A program made the position numbers and the translations under genes. Positions 39,901 through 57,900 of a stretch of 64,000 bases of DNA are shown piece after piece (the stretch's first letter is position 1; every line of letters begins with the position of its first letter). Location: positions 6,820,001 through 6,884,000 of the forward strand of contig OZ176052.1 in the NCBI GenBank assembly GCA_964247055.1. Reading direction: 5' to 3'. The notes beneath the pieces were generated by a model. That model ran no database searches, was not told where the DNA came from, and worked only from the letters and a program-made list of their open reading frames with translations. Source of the DNA: Paragordius varius. Lineage: Eukaryota; Animalia; Nematomorpha.

Positions 39901-42900
39901 CCCATTAATATTTTAGTATTTCCAACATTTAACCATATATTTTCAACAATTAAATTATATCACCATTAATATTTTAGTCTTTCCAACAATCAACCATATA
40001 ATTTCAACAATCAATATGTATTACCCATTAATATTTTAGTCTTTTCAACAATCAACCGTATATTTTCAACAAAATTATATCACCCATTAATATTTTAGTA
40101 TTTCCAACAATCAACCATATATTTTCAACAATCAAATTCAATCACCTATTAATATTTTAGTATTTCAAACAATCAACCATATATTTTCAACAATTAAATT
40201 ATATCACCATTAATATTTTAGTCTTTCCAACAATCAACCATATATTTTCAACAATCAATATGTATTACCCATTAATATTTTAGTCTTTTCAACAATCAAC
40301 CATATATTTTCAACAATTAAATTATATCACCATTAGTATTTTAGTCTTTCCAACAATCAACCATATAATTTCAACAATCAATATGTATTACCCATTAATA
40401 TTTTAGTCTTTTCAACAATCAACCGTATATTTTCAACAATCAAATTATATCACCCATTAATATTTTAGTATTTCCAACAATCAACCATATATTTTCAACA
40501 ATCAAATTCAATCACCTATTAATATTTTAGTATTTCCAACAATCAACCAAATATTTTCAACAATCAATATGTATTAACCATTAATATTTTAGTCTTTCCA
40601 ACAATCAACCATATATTTTTAACAAATAAATTATATCACCATTAATATTTTAGTATTTCCAACAATCAACCATATATTTTCAACAATCAAATTCAATCAC
40701 CTATTAATATTTTAGTATTTCCAACAATCAACCAAATATTTTCAACAATCAATATGTATTAACCATTAATATTTTAGTCTTTCCAACAACCATATATTTT
40801 CAACAATTAAATTATTTCACCATTAATATTTTAGTCTTTCCAACAATCAACGATATAATTTCAACAATCAATATCTATTACTTATTAATAATTTAGACTT
40901 TCCAACAATCAACCATATATTTTCAACAATTAAATTATATCACCATTAATATTTTAGTCTTTCCAACAATCAAACATATAATTTCAACAATCAATATGTA
41001 TTACCCATTAATATTTTAGTATTTCCAACAATCAACCATATATTTTCAACAATCAAATTCAATCACCTATTAATATTTTAGTATTTCCAACAATCAACCA
41101 AATATTTTCAACAATCAATATGTATTAACCATTAATATTTTAGTCTTTCCAACAACCATATATTTTCAACAATTAAATTATTTCACCATTAATATTTTAG
41201 TCTTTCCAACAATCAACGATATAATTTCAACAATCAATATCTATTACTTATTAATAATTTAGACTTTCCAACAATCAACCATATATTTTCAACAATTAAA
41301 TTATATCACCATTAATATTTTAGTCTTTCCAACAATCAAACATATAATTTCAACAAACAATATCTATTACTTATTAATATTTTAGACTTTCCAACAATCA
41401 ACCATATATTTTCAACAATTAAATTATATCACCATCAATATTTTAGTCTTTCCAACAATCAACCATATAATTTCAACAATTAATATGTATTACCCATTAA
41501 TATTTTAGTCTTTTGAACAATCAACCGTATATTTTCAACAATCAAATTATATCACCCATTAATATTTTAGTATTTCCAACAATCAACCATATATTTTCAA
41601 CAATCAAATTCAATCACCTATTAATATTTTAGTATTTATCAACAATCAACCATATAATTTCAACAATTAAATTATATCACCATTAATATTTTAGTCTTTC
41701 CAACAATCAACCATATAATTTCAACAATCAATATGTATTACCCATTAATATTTTAGTCTTTTCAACAATCAACCGTATATTTTCAACAATCAAATTCTAT
41801 CACCCATTAATATTTTAGTATTTCCAACATTTAACCATATATTTTCAACAATTAAATTATATCACCATTAATATTTTAGTCTTTCCAACAATCAACCATA
41901 TATTTTCAACAATCAATATGTATTACCCATTAATATTTTAGTCTTTTCAACAATCAACCGTATATTTTCAACAAAATTATATCACCCATTAATATTTTAG
42001 TATTTCCAACAATCAACCATATATTTTCAACAATCAAATTATATCACCATTAGTATTTTAGTCTTTCCAACAATCAACCATATAATTTCAACAATCAATA
42101 TGTATTACCCATTAATATTTTAGTCTTTTCAACAATCAACCGTATATTTTCAACAATCAAATTATATCACCCATTAATATTTTAGTATTTCCAACAATCA
42201 ACCATATATTTTCAACAATCAAATTCAATCACCTATTAATATTTTAGTATTTATCAACAATCAACCATATAATTTCAACAATTAAATTATATCACCATTA
42301 ATATTTTAGTCTTTCCAACAATCAACCATATAATTTCAACAATCAATATGTATTACCCATTAATATTTTAGTCTTTTCAACAATCAACCGTATATTTTCA
42401 ACAATCAAATTCTATCACCCATTAATATTTTAGTATTTCCAACATTTAACCATATATTTTCAACAATTAAATTATATCACCATTAATATTTTAGTCTTTC
42501 CAACAATCAACCATATATTTTCAACAATCAATATGTATTACCCATTAATATTTTAGTCTTTTCAACAATCAACCGTATATTTTCAACAAAATTATATCAC
42601 CCATTAATATTTTAGTATTTCCAACAATCAACCATATATTTTCAACAATCAAATTCAATCACCTATTAATATTTTAGTATTTCCAACAATCAACCAAATA
42701 TTTTCAACAATCAATATGTATTAACCATTAATATTTTAGTCTTTCCAACAATCAACCATATATTTTCAACAATTAAATTATATCACCATTAGTATTTTAG
42801 TCTTTCCAACAATCAACCATATAATTTCAACAATCAATATGTATTACCCATTAATATTTTAGTCTTTTCAACAATCAACCGTATATTTTCAACAATCAAA

Positions 42901-45900
42901 TTATATCACCCATTAATATTTTATTATTTCCAACAATCAACCATGTATTTTCAACAATCAAATTCAATCACCTATTAATATTTTAGTATTTCCAACAATC
43001 AACCAAATATTTTCATCAATCAATATTTATTAACCATTAATATTTTAGCCTTTCCAACAATCAACCATATATTTTCAACAAACAAATTATATCACCATTA
43101 ATATTTTAGTCTTTCCAACAATCAACCATATATTTTCAACAATCAATATGTATTACCCATTAATATTTTAGTCTTTCCAACAATCAACCATATATTTTCA
43201 ACAATATTATGTATTACCCATTAATATTTTAGTTTTTTCAACAATCAACCATATATTTTCAACAATCAAATTATATCACCCATTAATATTTTAGTATTTC
43301 CAACAATCAACCATATATTTTCAACAAACAAATTATATCACCATTAATATTTTAGTCTTTCCAACAATCAACCATATAATTTCAACAATCAATATGTATT
43401 ACCCATTAATATTTTAGTCTTTTCAACAATCAACCGTATATTTTCAACAAAATTATATCACCCATTAATATTTTAGTATTTCCAACAATCAACCATATAT
43501 TTTCAACAATCAAATTCAATCACCCTATAATATTTTAGTATTTCAAACAATCAACCATATATTTTCAATTAAATTATATCACCATTAATATTTTAGTCTT
43601 TCCAACAATCAACCATATATTTTCAACAATCAATATGTATTACCCATTAATATTTTAGTCTTTTCAACAATCAACCATATATTTTCAACAATTAAATTAT
43701 ATCACCATTAGTATTTTAGTCTTTCCAACAATCAACCATATAATTTCAACAATCAATATGTATTACCCATTAATATTTTAGTCTTTTCAACAATCAACCG
43801 TATATTTTCAACAATCAAATTATATCACCCATTAATATTTTAGTATTTCCAACAATCAACCATATATTTTCAACAATCAAATTCAATCACCTATTAATAT
43901 TTTAGTATTTCCAACAATCAACCAAATATTTTCAACAATCAATATGTATTAACCATTAATATTTTAGTCTTTCCAACAATCAACCATATATTTTTAACAA
44001 ATAAATTATATCACCATTAATATTTTAGTATTTCCAACAATCAACCATATATTTTCAACAATCAAATTCAATCACCTATTAATATTTTAGTATTTCCAAC
44101 AATCAACCAAATATTTTCAACAATCAATATGTATTAACCATTAATATTTTAGTCTTTCCAACAACCATATATTTTCAACAATTAAATTATTTCACCATTA
44201 ATATTTTAGTCTTTCCAACAATCAACGATATAATTTCAACAATCAATATCTATTACTTATTAATAATTTAGACTTTCCAACAATCAACCATATATTTTCA
44301 ACAATTAAATTATATCACCATTAATATTTTAGTCTTTCCAACAATCAAACATATAATTTCAACAATCAATATGTATTACCCATTAATATTTTAGTATTTC
44401 CAACAATCAACCATATATTTTCAACAATCAAATTCAATCACCTATTAATATTTTAGTATTTCCAACAATCAACCAAATATTTTCAACAATCAATATGTAT
44501 TAACCATTAATATTTTAGTCTTTCCAACAACCATATATTTTCAACAATTAAATTATTTCACCATTAATATTTTAGTCTTTCCAACAATCAACGATATAAT
44601 TTCAACAATCAATATCTATTACTTATTAATAATTTAGACTTTCCAACAATCAACCATATATTTTCAACAATTAAATTATATCACCATTAATATTTTAGTC
44701 TTTCCAACAATCAAACATATAATTTCAACAAACAATATCTATTACTTATTAATATTTTAGACTTTCCAACAATCAACCATATATTTTCAACAATTAAATT
44801 ATATCACCATCAATATTTTAGTCTTTCCAACAATCAACCATATAATTTCAACAATTAATATGTATTACCCATTAATATTTTAGTCTTTTGAACAATCAAC
44901 CGTATATTTTCAACAATCAAATTATATCACCCATTAATATTTTAGTATTTCCAACAATCAACCATATATTTTCAACAATCAAATTCAATCACCTATTAAT
45001 ATTTTAGTATTTATCAACAATCAACCATATAATTTCAACAATTAAATTATATCACCATTAATATTTTAGTCTTTCCAACAATCAACCATATAATTTCAAC
45101 AATCAATATGTATTACCCATTAATATTTTAGTCTTTTCAACAATCAACCGTATATTTTCAACAATCAAATTCTATCACCCATTAATATTTTAGTATTTCC
45201 AACATTTAACCATATATTTTCAACAATTAAATTATATCACCATTAATATTTTAGTCTTTCCAACAATCAACCATATATTTTCAACAATCAATATGTATTA
45301 CCCATTAATATTTTAGTCTTTTCAACAATCAACCGTATATTTTCAACAAAATTATATCACCCATTAATATTTTAGTATTTCCAACAATCAACCATATATT
45401 TTCAACAATCAAATTCAATCACCTATTAATATTTTAGTATTTCCAACAATCAACCAAATATTTTCAACAATCAATATGTATTAACCATTAATATTTTAGT
45501 CTTTCCAACAATCAACCATATATTTTCAACAATTAAATTATATCACCATTAGTATTTTAGTCTTTCCAACAATCAACCATATAATTTCAACAATCAATAT
45601 GTATTACCCATTAATATTTTAGTCTTTTCAACAATCAACCGTATATTTTCAACAATCAAATTATATCACCCATTAATATTTTAGTATTTCCAACAATCAA
45701 CCATATATTTTCAACAATCAAATTCAATCACCTATTAATATTTTAGTATTTATCAACAATCAACCATATAATTTCAACAATTAAATTATATCACCATTAA
45801 TATTTTAGTCTTTCCAACAATCAACCATATAATTTCAACAATCAATATGTATTACCCATTAATATTTTAGTCTTTTCAACAATCAACCGTATATTTTCAA

Positions 45901-48900
45901 CAATCAAATTCTATCACCCATTAATATTTTAGTATTTCCAACATTTAACCATATATTTTCAACAATTAAATTATATCACCATTAATATTTTAGTCTTTCC
46001 AACAATCAACCATATATTTTCAACAATCAATATGTATTACCCATTAATATTTTAGTCTTTTCAACAATCAACCGTATATTTTCAACAAAATTATATCACC
46101 CATTAATATTTTAGTATTTCCAACAATCAACCATATATTTTCAACAATCAAATTATATCACCATTAGTATTTTAGTCTTTCCAACAATCAACCATATAAT
46201 TTCAACAATCAATATGTATTACCCATTAATATTTTAGTCTTTTCAACAATCAACCGTATATTTTCAACAATCAAATTATATCACCCATTAATATTTTAGT
46301 ATTTCCAACAATCAACCATATATTTTCAACAATCAAATTCAATCACCTATTAATATTTTAGTATTTATCAACAATCAACCATATAATTTCAACAATTAAA
46401 TTATATCACCATTAATATTTTAGTCTTTCCAACAATCAACCATATAATTTCAACAATCAATATGTATTACCCATTAATATTTTAGTCTTTTCAACAATCA
46501 ACCGTATATTTTCAACAATCAAATTCTATCACCCATTAATATTTTAGTATTTCCAACATTTAACCATATATTTTCAACAATTAAATTATATCACCATTAA
46601 TATTTTAGTCTTTCCAACAATCAACCATATATTTTCAACAATCAATATGTATTACCCATTAATATTTTAGTCTTTTCAACAATCAACCGTATATTTTCAA
46701 CAAAATTATATCACCCATTAATATTTTAGTATTTCCAACAATCAACCATATATTTTCAACAATCAAATTCAATCACCTATTAATATTTTAGTATTTCCAA
46801 CAATCAACCAAATATTTTCAACAATCAATATGTATTAACCATTAATATTTTAGTCTTTCCAACAATCAACCATATATTTTCAACAATTAAATTATATCAC
46901 CATTAGTATTTTAGTCTTTCCAACAATCAACCATATAATTTCAACAATCAATATGTATTACCCATTAATATTTTAGTCTTTTCAACAATCAACCGTATAT
47001 TTTCAACAATCAAATTATATCACCCATTAATATTTTATTATTTCCAACAATCAACCATGTATTTTCAACAATCAAATTCAATCACCTATTAATATTTTAG
47101 TATTTCCAACAATCAACCAAATATTTTCATCAATCAATATTTATTAACCATTAATATTTTAGCCTTTCCAACAATCAACCATATATTTTAAACAAACAAA
47201 TTATATCACCATTAATATTTTAGTCTTTCCAACAATCAACGATATATTTTCAACAATCAATATGTATTACCCATTAATATTTTAGTCTTTCCAACAATCA
47301 ACCATATATTTTCAACAATATTATGTATTACCCATTAATATTTTAGTTTTTTCAACAATCAACCATATATTTTCAACAATCAAATTATATCACCCATTAA
47401 TATTTTAGTATTTCCAACAATCAACCATATATTTTCAACAAACAAATTATATCACCATTAATATTTTAGTCTTTCCAACAATCAACCATATAATTTCAAC
47501 AATCAATATGTATTACCCATTAATATTTTAGTCTTTTCAACAATCAACCGTATATTTTCAACAAAATTATATCACCCATTAATATTTTAGTATTTCCAAC
47601 AATCAACCATATATTTTCAACAATCAAATTCAATCACCCTATAATATTTTAGTATTTCAAACAATCAACCATATATTTTCAATTAAATTATATCACCATT
47701 AATATTTTAGTCTTTCCAACAATCAACCATATATTTTCAACAATCAATATGTATTACCCATTAATATTTTAGTCTTTTCAACAATCAACCATATATTTTC
47801 AACAATTAAATTATATCACCATTAGTATTTTAGTCTTTCCAACAATCAACCATATAATTTCAACAATCAATATGTATTACCCATTAATATTTTAGTCTTT
47901 TCAACAATCAACCGTATATTTTCAACAATCAAATTATATCACCCATTAATATTTTAGTATTTCCAACAATCAACCATATATTTTCAACAATCAAATTCAA
48001 TCACCTATTAATATTTTAGTATTTCCAACAATCAACCAAATATTTTCAACAATCAATATGTATTAACCATTAATATTTTAGTCTTTCCAACAATCAACCA
48101 TATATTTTTAACAAATAAATTATATCACCATTAATATTTTAGTATTTCCAACAATCAACCATATATTTTCAACAATCAAATTCAATCACCTATTAATATT
48201 TTAGTATTTCCAACAATCAACCAAATATTTTCAACAATCAATATGTATTAACCATTAATATTTTAGTCTTTCCAACAACCATATATTTTCAACAATTAAA
48301 TTATTTCACCATTAATATTTTAGTCTTTCCAACAATCAACGATATAATTTCAACAATCAATATCTATTACTTATTAATAATTTAGACTTTCCAACAATCA
48401 ACCATATATTTTCAACAATTAAATTATATCACCATTAATATTTTAGTCTTTCCAACAATCAAACATATAATTTCAACAATCAATATGTATTACCCATTAA
48501 TATTTTAGTATTTCCAACAATCAACCATATATTTTCAACAATCAAATTCAATCACCTATTAATATTTTAGTATTTCCAACAATCAACCAAATATTTTCAA
48601 CAATCAATATGTATTAACCATTAATATTTTAGTCTTTCCAACAACCATATATTTTCAACAATTAAATTATTTCACCATTAATATTTTAGTCTTTCCAACA
48701 ATCAACGATATAATTTCAACAATCAATATCTATTACTTATTAATAATTTAGACTTTCCAACAATCAACCATATATTTTCAACAATTAAATTATATCACCA
48801 TTAATATTTTAGTCTTTCCAACAATCAAACATATAATTTCAACAAACAATATCTATTACTTATTAATATTTTAGTCTTTTGAACAATCAACCGTATATTT

Positions 48901-51900
48901 TCAACAATCAAATTATATCACCCATTAATATTTTAGTATTTCCAACAATCAACCATATATTTTCAACAATCAAATTCAATCACCTATTAATATTTTAGTA
49001 TTTATCAACAATCAACCATATAATTTCAACAATTAAATTATATCACCATTAATATTTTAGTCTTTCCAACAATCAACCATATAATTTCAACAATCAATAT
49101 GTATTACCCATTAATATTTTAGTCTTTTCAACAATCAACCGTATATTTTCAACAATCAAATTCTATCACCCATTAATATTTTAGTATTTCCAACATTTAA
49201 CCATATATTTTCAACAATTAAATTATATCACCATTAATATTTTAGTCTTTCCAACAATCAACCATATATTTTCAACAATCAATATGTATTACCCATTAAT
49301 ATTTTAGTCTTTTCAACAATCAACCGTATATTTTCAACAAAATTATATCACCCATTAATATTTTAGTATTTCCAACAATCAACCATATATTTTCAACAAT
49401 CAAATTCAATCACCTATTAATATTTTAGTATTTCCAACAATCAACCAAATATTTTCAACAATCAATATGTATTAACCATTAATATTTTAGTCTTTCCAAC
49501 AATCAACCATATATTTTCAACAATTAAATTATATCACCATTAGTATTTTAGTCTTTCCAACAATCAACCATATAATTTCAACAATCAATATGTATTACCC
49601 ATTAATATTTTAGTCTTTTCAACAATCAACCGTATATTTTCAACAATCAAATTATATCACCCATTAATATTTTATTATTTCCAACAATCAACCATATAAT
49701 TTCAACAATCAATATGTATTACCCATTAATATTTTAGTCTTTTCAACAATCAACCGTATATTTTCAACAATCAAATTATATCACCCATTAATATTTTAGT
49801 CTTTCCAACAATCAACCATATATTTTCAACAATCAATATGTATTACCCATTAATATTTTAGTCTTTTCAACAATCAACCATATATTTTCAACAATTAAAT
49901 TATATCACCATTAGTATTTTAGTCTTTCCAACAATCAACCATATAATTTCAACAATCAATATGTATTACCCATTAATATTTTAGTCTTTTCAACAATCAA
50001 CCGTATATTTTCAACAATCAAATTATATCACCCATTAATATTTTAGTATTTCCAACAATCAACCATATATTTTCAACAATCAAATTCAATCACCTATTAA
50101 TATTTTAGTATTTCCAACAATCAACCAAATATTTTCAACAATCAATATGTATTAACCATTAATATTTTAGTCTTTCCAACAATCAACCATATATTTTTAA
50201 CAAATAAATTATATCACCATTAATATTTTAGTATTTCCAACAATCAACCATATATTTTCAACAATCAAATTCAATCACCTATTAATATTTTAGTATTTCC
50301 AACAATCAACCAAATATTTTCAACAATCAATATGTATTAACCATTAATATTTTAGTCTTTCCAACAACCATATATTTTCAACAATTAAATTATTTCACCA
50401 TTAATATTTTAGTCTTTCCAACAATCAACGATATAATTTCAACAATCAATATCTATTACTTATTAATAATTTAGACTTTCCAACAATCAACCATATATTT
50501 TCAACAATTAAATTATATCACCATTAATATTTTAGTCTTTCCAACAATCAAACATATAATTTCAACAATCAATATGTATTACCCATTAATATTTTAGTAT
50601 TTCCAACAATCAACCATATATTTTCAACAATCAAATTCAATCACCTATTAATATTTTAGTATTTCCAACAATCAACCAAATATTTTCAACAATCAATATG
50701 TATTAACCATTAATATTTTAGTCTTTCCAACAACCATATATTTTCAACAATTAAATTATTTCACCATTAATATTTTAGTCTTTCCAACAATCAACGATAT
50801 AATTTCAACAATCAATATCTATTACTTATTAATAATTTAGACTTTCCAACAATCAACCATATATTTTCAACAATTAAATTATATCACCATTAATATTTTA
50901 GTCTTTCCAACAATCAAACATATAATTTCAACAAACAATATCTATTACTTATTAATATTTTAGACTTTCCAACAATCAACCATATATTTTCAACAATTAA
51001 ATTATATCACCATCAATATTTTAGTCTTTCCAACAATCAACCATATAATTTCAACAATTAATATGTATTACCCATTAATATTTTAGTCTTTTGAACAATC
51101 AACCGTATATTTTCAACAATCAAATTATATCACCCATTAATATTTTAGTATTTCCAACAATCAACCATATATTTTCAACAATCAAATTCAATCACCTATT
51201 AATATTTTAGTATTTATCAACAATCAACCATATAATTTCAACAATTAAATTATATCACCATTAATATTTTAGTCTTTCCAACAATCAACCATATAATTTC
51301 AACAATCAATATGTATTACCCATTAATATTTTAGTCTTTTCAACAATCAACCGTATATTTTCAACAATCAAATTCTATCACCCATTAATATTTTAGTATT
51401 TCCAACATTTAACCATATATTTTCAACAATTAAATTATATCACCATTAATATTTTAGTCTTTCCAACAATCAACCATATATTTTCAACAATCAATATGTA
51501 TTACCCATTAATATTTTAGTCTTTTCAACAATCAACCGTATATTTTCAACAAAATTATATCACCCATTAATATTTTAGTATTTCCAACAATCAACCATAT
51601 ATTTTCAACAATCAAATTCAATCACCTATTAATATTTTAGTATTTCCAACAATCAACCAAGTATTTTCAACAATCAATATGTATTAACCATTAATATTTT
51701 AGTCTTTCCAACAATCAACCATATATTTTCAACAATTAAATTATATCACCATTAGTATTTTAGTCTTTCCAACAATCAACCATATAATTTCAACAATCAA
51801 TATGTATTACCCATTAATATTTTAGTCTTTTCAACAATCAACCGTATATTTTCAACAATCAAATTATATCACCCATTAATATTTTATTATTTCCAACAAT

Positions 51901-54900
51901 CAACCATATAATTTCAACAATCAATATGTATTACCCATTAATATTTTAGTCTTTTCAACAATCAACCGTATATTTTCAACAATCAAATTATATCACCCAT
52001 TAATATTTTAGTATTTCCAACAATCAACCATATATTTTCAACAATCAAATTCAATCACCTATTAACATTTTAGTATTTCCAACAATCAACCAAATATTTT
52101 CAACAATCAATATGTATTAACCATTAATATTTTAGTCTTTCCAACAATCAACCATATATTTTCAACAATTAAATTATATCACCATTAGTATTTCTTTCCA
52201 ACAATCAACCATATAATTTCAACAATCAATATGTATTACCCATTAATATTTTAGTCTTTTCAACAATCAACCGTATATTTTCAACAATCAAATTATATCA
52301 CCCATTAATATTTTATTATTTCCAACAATCAACCATATATTTTCAACAATATTATGTATTACCCATTAATATTTTAGTTTTTTCAACAATCAACCATATA
52401 TTTTCAACAATCAAATTATATCACCCATTAATATTTTAGTATTTCCAACAATCAACCATATATTTTCAACAATTAAATTATATCACCATTAATATTTTAG
52501 TCTTTCCAACAATCAACCATATATTTTTAACAATCAATATGTATTACCCATTAATATTTTAGTCTTTTCAACAATCAACCATATATTTTCAACAATTAAA
52601 TTATATCACCATTAGTATTTTAGTCTTTCCAACAATCAACCATATAATTTCAACAATCAATATGTATTACCCATTAATATTTTAGTCTTTTCAACAATCA
52701 ACCGTATATTTTCAACAATCAAATTATATCACCCATTAATATTTTAGTATTTCCAACAATCAACCATATATTTTCAACAATCAAATTCAATCACCTATTA
52801 ACATTTTAGTATTTCCAACAATCAACCAAATATTTTCAACAATCAATATGTATTAACCATTAATATTTTAGTCTTTCCAACAATCAACCATATATTTTTA
52901 ACAAACAAATTATATCACCATTAATATTTTAGTGTTTCCAACAATCAACCATATATTTTCAACAATCAAATTCAATCACCTATTAATATTTTAGTATTTC
53001 CAACAATCAACCAAATATTTTCAACAATCAATATGTATTAACCATTAATATTTTAGTCTTTCCAACCATATATTTTCAACAATTAAATTATATCACCATT
53101 AATATTTTAGTCTTTCCAACAATCAACGATATAATTTCAACAATCAATATCTATTACTTATTAATAATTTAGACTTTCCAACAATCAACCATATATTTTC
53201 AACAATTAAATTATATCACCATTAATATTTTAGTCTTTCCAACAATCAACCATATATTTTCAACAAACAAATTATATCACCATTAATATTTTAGTGTTTC
53301 CAACAATCAACCATATATTTTCAACAATCAAATTCAATCACCTATTAATATTTTAGTATTTCCAACAATCAACCAAATATTTTCAACAATCAATATGTAT
53401 TAACCATTAATATTTTAGTCTTTCCAACAACCATATATTTTCAACAATTAAATTATATCACCATTAATATTTTAGTCTTTCCAACAATCAACGATATAAT
53501 TTCAACAATCAATATCTATTACTTATTAATAATTTAGACTTTCCAACAATCAACCATATATTTTCAACAATTAAATTATATCACCATTAATATTTTAGTC
53601 TTTCCAACAATCAACCATATATTTTCAACAATCAATATGTATTACCCATTAATATTTTAGTCTTTTCAACAATCAACCATATATTTTCAACAATTAAATT
53701 ATATCACCATTAGTATTTTAGTCTTTCCAACAATCAACCATATAATTTCAACAATCAATATGTATTACCCATTAATATTTTAATCTTTTCAACAATCAAC
53801 CGTATATTTTCAACAATCAAATTATATCACCCATTAATATTTTAGTATTTCCAACAATCAACCATATATTTTCAACAATCAAATTCAATCACCTATTAAT
53901 ATTTTAGTATTTCCAACAATCAACCAAATATTTTCAACAATCAATATGTATTAACCATTAATATTTTAGTCTTTCCAACCATCAACCATATATTTTTAAC
54001 AAACAAATTATATCACCATTAATATTTTAGTGTTTCCAACAATCAACCATATATTTTCAACAATCAAATTCAATCACCTATTAATATTTGAGTATTTCCA
54101 ACAATCAACCAAATATTTTCAACAATCAATATGTATTAACCATTAATATTTTAGTCTTTCCAACAACCATATATTTTCAACAATTAAATTATATCACCAT
54201 TAATATTTTAGTCTTTCCAACAATCAACGATATAATTTCAACAATCAATATCTATTACTTATTAATAATTTAGACTTTCCAACAATCAACCATATATTTT
54301 CAACAATTAAATTATATCACCATTAATATTTTAGTCTTTCCAACAATCAACCATATATTTTCAACAATCAATATGTATTACCCATTAATATTTTAGTCTT
54401 TCCAACAATCAACTATATATTTTCAACAATATTATGTATTACCCATTAATATTTTAGTTTTTTCAACAATCAACCATATATTTTCAACAATCAAATTACA
54501 TCACCCATTAATATTTTAGTATTTCCAACAATCAACCATATATTTTCAACAATTAAATTATATCACCATTAATATTTTAGTCTTTCCAACAATCAACCAT
54601 ATATTTTCAACAATCAATATGTATTACCCATTAATATTTTAGTCTTTTCAACAATCAACCATATATTTTCAACAATTAAATTATATCACCATTAGTATTT
54701 TAGTCTTTCCAACAATCAACCATATAATTTCAACAATCAATATGTATTACCCATTAATATTTTAGTCTTTTCAACAATCAACCGTATATTTTCAACAATC
54801 AAATTATATCACCCATTAATATTTTAGTATTTCCAACAATCAACCATATAATTTCAACAATCAATATGTATTACCCATTAATATTTTAGTCTTTTCAACA

Positions 54901-57900
54901 ATCAACCATATATATTCAACAATCAAATTATATCACCATTAATATTTTAGTATTTCCAACAATCAACCATATATTTTCAACAATCAAATTCAATCACCTA
55001 TTAATATTTTAGTATTTCCAACAATCAACCAAATATTTTCAACAATCAATATGTATTAACCATTAATATTTTAGTCTTTCCAACAACCATATATTTTCAA
55101 CAATTAAATTATATCACCATTAATATTTTAGTCTTTCCAACAATCAACCAAATATTTTCAACAATCAATATGTATTAACCATTAATATTTTAGTCTTTCC
55201 AACAATCAACCATATATTTTCAACAATTAAATTATATCACCATTAGTATTTTAGTCTTTCCAACAATCAACCATATAATTTCAACAATCAATATGTATTA
55301 CCCATTAATATTTTAGTCTTTTCAACAATCAACCGTATATTTTCAACAATCAAATTATATCACCCATTAATATTTTATTATTTCCAACAATCAACCATGT
55401 ATTTTCAACAATCAAATTCAATCACCTATTAATATTTTAGTATTTCCAACAATCAACCAAATATTTTCATCAATCAATATTTATTAACCATTAATATATT
55501 AGCCTTTCCAACAATCAACCATATATTTTCAACAAACAAATTATATCACCATTAATATTTTAGTCTTTCCAACAATCAACCATATATTTTCAACAATCAA
55601 TATGTATTACCCATTAATATTTTAGTCTTTCCAACAATCAACCATATATTTTCAACAATATTATGTATTACCCATTAATATTTTAGTTTTTTCAACAATC
55701 AACCATATGTTTTCAACAATCAAATTATATCACCCATTAATATTTTAGTATTTCCAACAATCAACCATATATTTTCAACAATTAAATTATATCACCATTA
55801 ATATTTTAGTCTTTCCAACAATCAACCATATATTTTCAACAATCAATATGTATTACCCATTAATATTTTAGTCTTTTCAACAATCAACCATATATTTTCA
55901 ACAATTAAATTATATCACCATTAGTATTTTAGTCTTTCCAACAATCAACCATATAATTTCAACAATCAATATGTATTACCCATTAATATTTTAGTCTTTT
56001 CAACAATCAACCGTATATTTTCAACAATCAAATTATATCACCCATTAATATTTTAGTATTTCCAACAATCAACCATATATTTTCAACAATCAAATTCAAT
56101 CACCTATTAATATTTTAGTATTTCCAACAATCAACCAAATATTTTCAACAATCAATATGTATTAACCATTAATATTTTAGTCTTTCCAACAATCAACCAT
56201 ATATTTTTAACAAACAAATTATATCACCATTAATATTTTAGTATTTCCAACAATCAACCATATATTTTCAACAATCAAATTCAATCACCTATTAATATTT
56301 TGGTATTTCCAACAATCAACCAAATATTTTCAACAATCAATATGTATTAACCATTAATATTTTAGTCTTTCCAACAACCATATATTTTCAACAATTAAAT
56401 TATATCACCATTAATATTTTAGTCTTTCCAACAATCAACGATATAATTTCAACAATCAATATCTATTACTTATTAATAATTTAGACTTTCCAACAATCAA
56501 CCATATATTTTCAACAATTAAATTATATCACCATTAATATTTTAGCCTTTCCAACAATCAACCATATATTTTCAACAAACAAATTATATCACCATTAATA
56601 TTTTAGTGTTTCCAACAATCAACCATATATTTTCAACAATCAAATTCAATCACCTATTAATATTTTAGTATTTCCAACAATCAACCAAATATTTTCAACA
56701 ATCAATATGTATTAACCATTAATATTTTAGTCTTTCCAACAACCATATATTTTCAACAATTAAATTATATCACCATTAATATTTTAGTCTTTCCAACAAT
56801 CAACGATATAATTTCAACAATCAATATCTATTACTTATTAATAATTTAGACTTTCCAACAATCAACCATATATTTTCAACAATTAAATTATATCACCATT
56901 AATATTTTAGTCTTTCCAACAATCAACCATATATTTTCAATAATCAATATGTATTACCCATTAATATTTTAGTCTTTTCAACAATCAACCATATATTTTC
57001 AACAATTAAATTATATCACCATTAGTATTTTAGTCTTTCCAACAATCAACCATATAATTTCAACAATCAATATGTATTACCCATTAATATTTTAGTCTTT
57101 TCAACAATCAACCGTATATTTTCAACAATCAAATTATATCACCCATTAATATTTTAGTATTTCCAACAATCAACCATATATTTTCAACAATCAAATTCAA
57201 TCACCTATTAATATTTTAGTATTTCCAACAATCAACCAAATATTTTCAACAATCAATATGTATTAACCATTAATATTTTAGTCTTTCCAACAATCAACCA
57301 TATATTTTTAACAAACAAATTATATCACCATTAATATTTTAGTGTTTCCAACAATCAACCATATATTTTCAACAATCAAATTCAATCACCTATTAATAAT
57401 TTAGTATTTCCAACAATCAACCAAATATTTTCAACAATCAATATGTATTAACCATTAATATTTTAGTCTTTCCAACAACCATATATTTTCAACAATTAAA
57501 TTATATCACCATTAATATTTTAGTCTTTGCAACAATCAACGATATAATTTCAACAATCAATATCTATTACTTATTAATAATTTAGACTTTCCAACAATCA
57601 ACCATATATTTTCAACAATTAAATTATATCACCATTAATATTTTAGTCTTTCCAACAATCAACCATATATTTTCAACAATCAATATGTATTACCCATTAA
57701 TATTTTAGTCTTTCCAACAATCAACCATATATTTTCAACAATATTATGTATTACCCATTAATATTTTAGTTTTTTCAACAATCAACCATATATTTTCAAC
57801 AATCAAATTACATCACCCATTAATATTTTAGTATTTCCAACAATCAACCATATATTTTCAACAATTAAATTATATCACCATTAATATTTTAGTCTTTCCA

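Noticed and set aside
15428-54273. Supplied ORFs inside the array (MNYQLILYSF... x8, MFATINLYY... x2, MSISNNQ...)
   Set aside because: They are translations of G-poor satellite units, mostly from TTG starts. They recur only because the DNA block is duplicated, and they have low-complexity I/N/Q/Y/L composition.
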